A stretch of DNA of 30,629 nt from a virus. Taxonomy: Duplodnaviria > Caudoviricetes. The notes under the pieces are model-generated. The model saw only the letters and a list, made by a program, of their open reading frames with translations. It was not told the DNA's origin and made no database searches. The stretch is taken from the IMG/VR virus record IMGVR_UViG_3300020388_000045, positions 1 through 30,629 of that record. One strand, written 5' to 3'. Of the stretch, positions 1 through 9,300 are shown piece after piece (the stretch's first letter is position 1; every line of letters begins with the position of its first letter). Position numbers and translations under genes: made by a program.

Positions 1-2
1 TG

Positions 3-128
3 AGTGGTAACGTGATGATCGAGTCGCAACCAAAGAAGACTCGTCAAGGTTCTGGACAACATACCAAGTATGCTGCAACCAGTAGTAACCCCAAACCAAA
101 GCGTTATCGTGGTCAAGGACGGGGTTGA
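3..128 (+). CDS. 3' part of a small, very basic hypothetical protein (5' end probably outside the window)
   Basis: Manual translation of frame 3 gives SGNVMIESQPKKTRQGSGQHTKYAATSSNPKPKRYRGQGRG* with TGA at 126-128. It is not in the ORF track. The KKTRQG...KRYRGQGR ending resembles small basic ORFs recalled from marine T4-like phages. Confidence 0.75.
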   Translation, partial: SGNVMIESQPKKTRQGSGQHTKYAATSSNPKPKRYRGQGRG

Positions 129-141
129 ATAGATATAAACA
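128..141 (+). promoter_or_regulatory. Possible degenerate T4-type late promoter (AATAGATA 128-135 or TATAAACA 134-141)
   Basis: Near-matches to TATAAATA in the short intergenic gap before the ATG at 157. Confidence 0.35.
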
Positions 142-156
142 GTTGTAAATTTTTGT

Positions 157-846
157 ATGGCTTGCTTGATTGCAAATCTTCCTTCGATGGAAGTCTGGGT
201 ACGTAAAGAATATCTAACGGATCATCAGTCTGGTCATGGAGAATTCGTCAAGGGCGTCTGGGTATCGGTGAAATCGATTCCTGGACGTGCTTTTTATTTT
301 GAGACATACTTACCAGAGTATGCCGCAATGTACGATAAACTCCCTATCAGTGCCTTTGTAAGCGATCCTGAGACTCCTACACCTGATATGAGTCTCCCTA
401 ACCTGCAATTCTGGAATTGCATGGACTACGGGGTTGTATCAGTGGATAAGAAGTTCATTGGTTCAATGGACTTTGAGTGTTATACACGGGATCATGGTAA
501 CGTGAAAGGCACTTATGTTTGTACGATTGACAATTATCATCATGACCCAGACTATGTTGACTATGCGACCAGTGAAAATCCTGCTGAACACAAGTCTCAT
601 AACTTGATTGAGTTGGAGAATGGTCAATATGCACTCTATCCAAACAATAGACTACGCATTTATGACAATAGTCTGACACCAATGGAACCAAAGATGCCTG
701 ATTTCAAGGTATCAACGCAGTATTACCAGGTTGAAAATGGATTTGATCGACTTGGAATGGGTCGTGAAGACGAATATTTCTGGAAAACTGCCAAAGAAAG
801 AATAAATACTGAAAAAGAGGATGAAGATGGGGAACTCACCAGTTGA
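157..846 (+). CDS. Conserved hypothetical protein (229 aa), cyanomyovirus-type, upstream of the baseplate genes
   Basis: Long ORF on the operon strand with globular, aromatic-rich composition. No function recognised. Confidence 0.85.
   Translation: MACLIANLPSMEVWVRKEYLTDHQSGHGEFVKGVWVSVKSIPGRAFYFETYLPEYAAMYDKLPISAFVSDPETPTPDMSLPNLQFWNCMDYGVVSVDKKFIGSMDFECYTRDHGNVKGTYVCTIDNYHHDPDYVDYATSENPAEHKSHNLIELENGQYALYPNNRLRIYDNSLTPMEPKMPDFKVSTQYYQVENGFDRLGMGREDEYFWKTAKERINTEKEDEDGELTS
801..808 (+). promoter_or_regulatory. T4-type (gp55-dependent) late promoter AATAAATA
   Basis: NATAAATA match embedded in the 3' end of ORF 157-846, about 19 nt before ATG 827. It is followed by an SD-like GAGG at 817-820. 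Confidence 0.6.
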
Positions 847-1048
847 TAGAGACAGCAAGTACATGAAAGAAACGTGGGGAACGACCCATTTGGTTACAGA
901 TCACTGGTCATTACCTGGTGAAGCACCTCAAGATACTCCTGTTGAGTTGAAAGAAGTGCTAAATGATGAAGCAAAACCAGTTGGTGGCGCTAAAAAACAG
1001 GTGCTTTCGGAAGAAACGTCTTACGATTCAATACCAAATCGATACTAA
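827..1048 (+). CDS. Hypothetical protein (~73 aa)
   Basis: The track ORF runs 821-1048. ATG 827 is preferred because GAGG (817-820) lies 6 nt upstream. A late promoter motif precedes it. Confidence 0.7.
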   Translation: MGNSPVDRDSKYMKETWGTTHLVTDHWSLPGEAPQDTPVELKEVLNDEAKPVGGAKKQVLSEETSYDSIPNRY

Positions 1049-1052
1049 CCAT

Positions 1053-1060
1053 TATAGATA
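1053..1060 (+). promoter_or_regulatory. Late promoter variant TATAGATA upstream of gp25
   Basis: One mismatch to TATAAATA, intergenic, about 24 nt before the gp25 ATG. Confidence 0.55.
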
Positions 1061-1084
1061 GTATGTTGAAGTGTATCGAAGCAG

Positions 1085-1483
1085 ATGCCAATTAAGCGTT
1101 CACGTAGTTTTAGGGATATAAGTCTCTCTTTTAAGCGTCATCCCATTACAAACGATGTGACTGCCCTCAAAAATGAGGACGCAATCAAGAAATCTGTTAT
1201 AAATCTCGTCCGAACTGCAATCGGAGAGAGATTTTTCAATGATATTTTGGGAACATCTGTTGCTGATGCACTTTTTGAATTAGATACATTTGATAATGAT
1301 GTATTAAGGGAAGAAATTATCGCATTATTGCAGAATTATGAACCTAGAATTGATCTGACCAACGTTTTTGCTGAGTGTCAGACCGATTCTAACGACTTAT
1401 TCGTTAAAATTGAATACGATATTGTTGGATTACCAGTCCCTGCACAGAATGTAGAGTTTCTATTACAACCATCTAGGATATAA
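1085..1483 (+). CDS. gp25: Baseplate wedge subunit / sheath initiator gp25 (GPW/gp25 family)
   Basis: 132 aa with motifs FRDISLSF, AIKKSVINLVRT..GERFF, LFE and NYEPRI. Its stop overlaps the gp6 start (TAATG). Confidence 0.93.
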   Translation: MPIKRSRSFRDISLSFKRHPITNDVTALKNEDAIKKSVINLVRTAIGERFFNDILGTSVADALFELDTFDNDVLREEIIALLQNYEPRIDLTNVFAECQTDSNDLFVKIEYDIVGLPVPAQNVEFLLQPSRI

Positions 1484-3393
1484 TGGCATTCAATCAATTT
1501 ACCAATCTCGATTTTAACGATATTAGGGAGCAGATAAAGGACTATCTGCGGTCGAATAGTAATTTTACGGACTTCGACTTTGAAGGATCGAACTTTTCGA
1601 TCTTAATCGACACGTTAGCATATAATTCTTACATCACTGCCTACAATACTAACATGGCAGTGAACGAATCGTTCATTGATAGTGCGACATTAAGAGAGAA
1701 TGTCGTATCTTTAGCAAGAAATATCGGATATGTCCCCAGATCTAAGAAGGCAGCAACTGCAAGAATCACTTTTAGTGCCCAAGTCAGTGCTAGATCGGTC
1801 ACATTGAAGAAAGGTGTAGTTGCATTGGGTGGCGCTGAGAACTCAAACTACATTTTCTCGATTCCAGAGGATATTACAGCAAGTCCAAACTCCCAAGGAG
1901 TGGTAACTTTTAGTAATGTTGAGATTTTTGAAGGAAATTTACTGAAAAAGACCTTTACAATCGATGATTCTCAACCAGATCAAAAATTTATCTTACCAAC
2001 TCCAAGTATTGACACTTCTACTATTCGTGTTCAGACTGTTGGGACTGCAATAGAGGAATATACGCCATATACAAACATTTTTAACGTTGATGCCGACACT
2101 CGTTTGTACCTTGTACAAGAAATTTCGGATGAAAAGTACCAAATCCTCTTTGGAGACAACATTTTAGGTAAGAGACCTGCGAATGGAACAAAGGTTGAGG
2201 TAACTTATATTGAAACAACTGGTGAAGCAGCAAACGGTGCTAGCAGTTTCACTTTCTCTGGTCAATTAGTTGCAAGAAAAGAAGGAAGAGACCGAAATGT
2301 AACAAATAACATCTCCGCTGTAACGACCCTACAAGCGGCAGAACAGGGTGATGACATAGAAGACATCGATACCATCAAATACCTTGCTCCTAGGGTCTAT
2401 GCATCGCAGTACAGAGCAGTCACTGCCGATGATTACACTTCACTCATACCTTTTCTGTATCCCAACGTCGAATCTGTTTCTGCATACGGTGGTGAAGAGT
2501 TAGATCCCCCACAATATGGTAAAGTCTTCATTACAATCAAACCTAAAAATGGTGATTTTCTCTCTGATATCGCAAAAGACAATATCAAGAGCAAATTAAA
2601 GGAATACACCATTGCTGGTATCAGACAAGAGTTTTTGGATTTGAAATACCTATTTGTGGAGTATGATAGCACGGTCTCATATGACCCAGGAACTGTTACA
2701 AACACCGAAGATCTGTTTACTAGAGTCCAAAATGCAATTGTAACCTACTCTAAGTCAAATGATATCAATTCATTTGGTGGAAGACTGAAATATAGTAAAC
2801 TTCTCCGTATGATTGACAATGTTGATGCTGGAATTACCTCAAATATCACGAATCTTGTGATGAGAAGGAATTTGGTCCCTGCATACGACACTCTTGCTAA
2901 TTATGAACTTTGTTATGCAAATGCATTCCATGCCGAAGTCGAAGGTTTCAACCTGAGATCGTCTGGATTTACAGTTTCCGGTATTACTGGAACTTGCTTC
3001 TTAACTGATGTCCCTGATACTGATATTACCATCCCCGGAAGACCCCAGCAGGTAGCACCAAAGACTGGATCTATATCAATCTTCAAATTCAATGAAGAAG
3101 GAGAGATTGTAAATGTTATTGAGAATGCTGGAACTGTTGATTACGTAAAAGGCGAGATTATTCTCTTCCCAATCAACATTTCATCGACTGTTCTCAACAA
3201 TCGTATTGAAATTGGGGTCACACCTGAGTCAAATGATATTCTCGCAAAAGAGAACCTTTATATCGTCCTAGATACTACAGGAAAAAGTGTTTTAACGTTG
3301 AAAGAAGACTTGATCACTTCAGGATCAAGCAGATCTGGTTCAAATTACGTTCCTCCTTCAAGTTACACTAGCAGCACGAAATTTACTCGATAA
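1483..3393 (+). CDS. gp6: Baseplate wedge subunit gp6
   Basis: 636 aa with motifs LDF..I...I..YL, FTDFDFEGSNFSILID.LAYN, ESFIDSATLRENVVSLARNIGYVPRS, FGD..LGK.P, and Q.RAVTADDY. Confidence 0.95.
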   Translation: MAFNQFTNLDFNDIREQIKDYLRSNSNFTDFDFEGSNFSILIDTLAYNSYITAYNTNMAVNESFIDSATLRENVVSLARNIGYVPRSKKAATARITFSAQVSARSVTLKKGVVALGGAENSNYIFSIPEDITASPNSQGVVTFSNVEIFEGNLLKKTFTIDDSQPDQKFILPTPSIDTSTIRVQTVGTAIEEYTPYTNIFNVDADTRLYLVQEISDEKYQILFGDNILGKRPANGTKVEVTYIETTGEAANGASSFTFSGQLVARKEGRDRNVTNNISAVTTLQAAEQGDDIEDIDTIKYLAPRVYASQYRAVTADDYTSLIPFLYPNVESVSAYGGEELDPPQYGKVFITIKPKNGDFLSDIAKDNIKSKLKEYTIAGIRQEFLDLKYLFVEYDSTVSYDPGTVTNTEDLFTRVQNAIVTYSKSNDINSFGGRLKYSKLLRMIDNVDAGITSNITNLVMRRNLVPAYDTLANYELCYANAFHAEVEGFNLRSSGFTVSGITGTCFLTDVPDTDITIPGRPQQVAPKTGSISIFKFNEEGEIVNVIENAGTVDYVKGEIILFPINISSTVLNNRIEIGVTPESNDILAKENLYIVLDTTGKSVLTLKEDLITSGSSRSGSNYVPPSSYTSSTKFTR

Positions 3394-3396
3394 GAA

Positions 3397-6300
3397 ATGT
3401 CAGATAGTAAAGTAAAGATCTCCAATATTCTGGAAAGTCAACTTCCAGATTTTATTTTAGATGATAATCCACTCTTCAAAGAATTTTTAGAGCAATACTA
3501 TCTGTCTCAGGAACATGAGTACGGAACAATTTTTCTTGCAGAGAATATTGATAGATTAAAGGATGTTGATAGTTACGTAAATCTCAAATTTACTGCAACT
3601 ACGCCAACATTGACTAAATTCATCGCAAACGATGAAGATGTGATTGAAGTTACCAATCATTTGGGATTTTTGCCAAAAAATGGACTTGTGAAAGTCGGTG
3701 AAGAGATTTTTACGTATACCGGCAAAACATCCTATGCCCAAAAGGTCACTTTAATTGATCCAACTGCTAATACCATCAAATTGACATCTACTGTCGGTTT
3801 AGATTCGTTTAGAGCACAAAGTATTATTTTTGATACGTCATTTTCAAATGTTATTGCTGGTCAGACGTATTATATCACAGAAGTTATAGATTCTAACACT
3901 ATTACAATTTCTGATGACCCAACCACTCTTGATGATGTATTAGATCTTAATGATTCTAATCCATTAGGAACAACACTCCCAACTGCTACTAGTTTTGCAT
4001 TTACTGGATGTGTCAGGGGATTTTCTGGCATTGATGATGTCAGTGGAGAGTTCTTAAACTTTAATAATAGTCGAACTTTGTTCCATGAAGCAGGATCGAC
4101 TCTTACTAATCTTGGTCTGGTATTCTTAGCAGAATTCTTCAGCAAGTATAAAAAGATGTTCTTGCCAGGAATTGAAGAAAGGCAATTCCAGAGCGTTAAT
4201 ATTGATAATATCCTTTCAAGAGCAAGAGACTTCTATAGTTCAAAGGGAACTGACACTTCATTGAAGATTCTTTTCACTGTTCTCTTTGGAAAGTTTGTTG
4301 AAGTTCTGAAACCATTTGATAATACGATTCAAGCATCTGCTGCTAACTTCTCACAGTCAGATGTAGTGGTTATAGAAGCAATTGAAGGAAATCCAAGAAA
4401 TCTCGGAGAAACCACTTTACTTCAGGGTTCAACAGACAATCCAACTGCAAAGGCAATTATTTCAAGAGTTGAAACTATACTCTTAGGTTCAAAGTATTAT
4501 CATAAGTTATTCTTCCCTAAGAATACTATTGAGAATAAGTTCAATGTCAGCAAAATGACAAAAGTCTTAGGTGTTGGTGTCACCAATACAACTTTGACTG
4601 TAGATTCAACTATTGGGTTCCCAGAAAGTGGTTCATTCCTCAATGAGGATAATGATGGACTAGAAACAGTCACATATGAAAGTAAGAGTGCTAATCAATT
4701 CTTTAACTGTGTTGGACTTTCTACAACTCTTGTAGAGAATGATTCAATTATTGATGGAAACTTTGTATATGGTTATGAGAATAACGATATCAATAAACTC
4801 GTCACTATGCGAGTTGTTGGTACAGTCATAGGAGTTGCAGAAAACAAAAAAGACACGAGTCAGTTTAGAAAAAATGATATGCTTCGAGTGAAGCATCTTG
4901 GTGAAAAAGTAGATGAAGATGATGTTAGATTCAACAGATGGTTCTACAACAATGTAGTGCTTACAAATGTCGATAGTGTTAGTGGGACAACTTTTACGAC
5001 CGAAGTTGACCACTACTTACATAAGGGCGATAAAGTTGATATTTTGCTGAAAAATGATAAATCCGTATTAGAAGAAAATCTGGATGTTTCTGATGTAGAC
5101 AACAGAAAAACATTTACAGTTTCTGGAAATATAAGCACTACTTTTGTTAATACTAAAGATTATCTCATCAAGAAAAAACTTGATTTTGGATCTGATAAAC
5201 TCAATACCAATGGTGTTTTGGCAAATATCCAAAATACCTTTGTTGATGTAGATAAGAACGCATATGTGGCATTCTCGGGTCTTCCTGGTTACGATAATGT
5301 AGAACTGACTAACAGATCCAAAACTTTTACTGAATCAGATATAAACCAAAGTGATAATAAGATTACTATTGCTGATCATAACTTCAGAAGTGGTGAAAGA
5401 TTATATTATGAATTGACCTCTGGTGCTACTGGTATTACGACAGGAAATTATTATGCTTCTGTAATTGACTCAAACACTATAAAACTAGCATTTAGTCGTG
5501 CTTCTCTTAATAATCAAATTTTTATTAACCTTACTGGTATTGGCGCAGCTAGTCAGCATAGACTGACTCCAGCATCTCTGTTTGATAAAAGTCTGGTTAA
5601 TCAAAATAATTTTAAGAGAATTAATAGAAAACCAGCAGCAGCAACTGAACACAATGATATTATTGGATCAATTGGTGTTGCTTTAAATGGTGTTGAATTC
5701 CAATCACCAGTTTCAAAGGATTCAATTTTTTATGGTCAAATAGATTCCATTAATGTTCTAAATCCAGGAACTGGTTACAATGTCGTAAATCCACCAGAAA
5801 TTGGAATTGCAAATACTGACGGAAGTGCTGGTGCCACTTTTGTAGGACAATTTATAGGAAAGATTGAAGACATCGATCTTACTACTCCTGGTTTTAATTA
5901 CGTAGAAACCCCGGTTGTCACAATCTCTGGAGGAAACGGAACAGAGGCAACTGCTGAAGCAAGACTAAGAGGATTCTTCTATGATAAGTCATTCTCCGAT
6001 TTTGATGGTGTAAAACTTGCTAGTGATGTAATCAGCATCCCTGATCATAGATTTGCAGACCATGAGGAGGTTATATACTCCAGCACTGGAACTCCTATTG
6101 GTATTGGTAGTACTGCTGTTGGTTTTGGAACAGACAGACTGACATCTGAAGCAATATACTTCCTTAGAAAAGTCAGTGCCACTGATGTACAGATCCATGT
6201 ATCAAAAGCAGATGTATTGGCAGGTATCAACACAGTTGATATAAATGATTTCGGAACTGGTACTCATAACTTTAGATCTAGAAATCAGAGAAAGATTGTT

Positions 6301-9300
6301 GATAGGATTGTCGTTACAAGTTCAACCGATGACTTCTCCACTAGAAAAGTAGTTGTAGATGGTGTAGCATGGCCGCCAACAGATCAGAAAGATATTTACA
6401 AGACTTTTGTCGGTATTAATATTGAGAAGAATTATATCTATGCAAGAAATCACGCTTTCAAGACTGGTGATAACGTAGAGTATTCATTTGATGGTACTAC
6501 TATTGGTGGACTATCAACATCGGCAAATTACAAGATAACTGTCCTAGATGAGGATAGATTCCTTTTGAGTGAAGCAGGAACACCAACCGCTATCAGTAGT
6601 GTCAATTTTGATAAACAGTCCTATGTGGACCTTACCAGTGTGGGTGCCGGTACACATACGTTCCAGTATCCAGCAATCACTGTCAATATCAATGGAATTG
6701 TTTCTGCTGGAAATACTGATGCTGTTCCTTCATACTACAATGCTACTGGTTCTCCTGTAATCCTTGGAAAACTTGACAACGTATTTGTCAGAAATGGTGG
6801 TGTTGGATATGGTGTATCCAATGTAATGAATTATAAGAGAGATGTTGAGGTTAAGGTTGAGACTGGACAGGGAGCAGACATTAAAGCAATTGTTGTTAAT
6901 GGAAAGATTGTGTCAGCGTATGTTGCAAGTGAAGGTAAAGAATATACATCTCCTCCATCAATTAATGTTATTGGTACAGGTAAGTTAGCAAAACTGACTG
7001 CTAATATTTCAAATGGTGCAATCACCTCAATCAATGTTATTGATGGTGGTAGTGGGTACGCCCAAAATACAAGAATAGAAGTAATCCCAGCTGGTATCAA
7101 TGCTCAGTTGAGTCCAGAGATTCATGAATGGGCATTCAATGACGTAGAAAGATATAAAGTAGCACTTCAACTGGATAATCCTGCAATCCTGAAAAAGGAT
7201 AGACTGAATAGAGAAATGGTTCAGATTCATTCTGGAACCCCTCTGAAAGAAACTAAGGTAGTCTCTTTTTATCCTGGAGTGCATTATCGTGGTATATTAA
7301 AGGATAACCTTAATTCTAATGGAGAGGAAATCACCACAGGATTTGCCCATTCCCCAATAGTTGGATGGGCATATGACGGTAATCCAATCTATGGTCCATA
7401 TGGTTTTGCAAATGCAGTATTTGATGGTGCAAATACTGGTGGGACTAAAGTAATGCTATCAAGTTATGAACTTGATACAGAAAGTTCTGCAACACTCAGA
7501 CCAACTGGATTTGGTGCTGGATTCTTTATTCAAGATTATGTTTATAAAGCAACTGGTGATCTTGATGAGTATAATGGAAGATTTTGTAAAACAGATGAAT
7601 TCCCTGAAGGAACATATGCATATTTCTCTACTATAGACAATGCTGAGACCTTCTCTTCTATTATTGGTCTTGCATATCCATATATTACAAAGTCACACTA
7701 TAATCAAACTGACGCTTTTAACTACAATTCTATTCATAGTCAATCTGATGCAATTGTCGATACTGGTGATTATAAGAGGAATGTAACTCACCTCGGATTA
7801 AATGATCCTTCTAGAGAGTATGTCTTCTTGAATGATGCTATGTCTTCTGATGTAAAAGTTATTATTCAAGACATTAAACCATCCAGGGTTGGTTCTATTG
7901 ATGTTCTCAATTCTGGTTCTGATTATAAAGTTGGTGAACAAGTCAATTTCAATGAAGAATCAATCGATGCTGAAATTGCCGAAGTCCAAGGAAAAGATAT
8001 TGTTTCTATTGCAACTTCTGATACTACACTGAAAAATACTATTTTTAGTGTTAAAGGTAATGTAGTTACTGGTGTTACTACAATTCCACATAATTTTGTT
8101 GATGGCGATACTGTTGAAATCACCGGAATTGGTTCTGCAATTTACAAAAACCTTGAAGGTTTTGTAAGTGTTGGAGTTGCTACAGTAGTAACCAATACCA
8201 CAGTTGCCATTGGTCAAACAACAGCAACTGGTATCACCACTACAATTTCACTGAATGCTTCTACATTCACAAATAAATTTGCAGTAAATGATATTATCAG
8301 GGTTGGCGATGAGTTAATGAGAATTGTTGGTGTTGATAATGTCAATAACAACTACAAAGTTACTAGAAGCATTAATAATAGCAGTGGAAGTAACCATAGC
8401 ACAAATGCTATCGTTAAGTTGCAACCCCAGATCTTCAGATTCAATATTAATCAAAAGTTAGAAAATAAAAATATACAAATAGGATATCAACAAAATTTTG
8501 CAAAATCTGCTGTTGGTATAGGTTCTACTTATTTCTCATCTATTGTTGGGACTGCTGGAAGTTCAAATATTACGGTTTCAATTCCAGATCGTGCAATTTT
8601 TGTTCCTGGACACGAGTTTAACACTGGTGATAAGTTGGATATCGTTTCTGTTGGAGGAACAATTCGTGCTGCTACTACTCATGCACTGTCTCCCAACTTT
8701 GATATTTCTACAACTGATCTCTTTGCAGTTAAGATAAGTACTGATTTCATCGGACTGGCAACTTCTAAGGCATTCGTTGGTATCAATTCTACGCTTTTCT
8801 TTGTTGATGCTTCCACCGGAGATAATCATACATTAGTACAGATAAAAGAGAATCTTACAGGTACGGTTAGAAAGGTATTTGCTGACGTTGGAGTTGCAAC
8901 TGCTCATGGATTACAATTTGGAGATAAAGTTACGTTTGGCATAACTCCTAACGCAGTTCAACAGTTTGTTCTTAAATTTAATTCAGATCTGAATAAACTA
9001 GTCGTAGATCCTAAGACTTTTGCTCCTACTGGAATCACAATTACAACCACATCAAATATTGTATCTGTAAATCATGGATTGAATACAGGTGACCTTGTAG
9101 TTTATACAAACGCTGTTGGTGTTGCAACACCTCTTCAGAGCAGCAGAGAATATTATGCAATTAAGATTGATGAGGATACATTTAGACTTGCAGAAACAAG
9201 AGTCGATGCATTGGAGTTCCCATTCCAGAACATCACTATTACTGAGCAAGGACATGGAACTCATGAAATTGCAAAAGTAAATCCAAAGATTGAAGTTATC

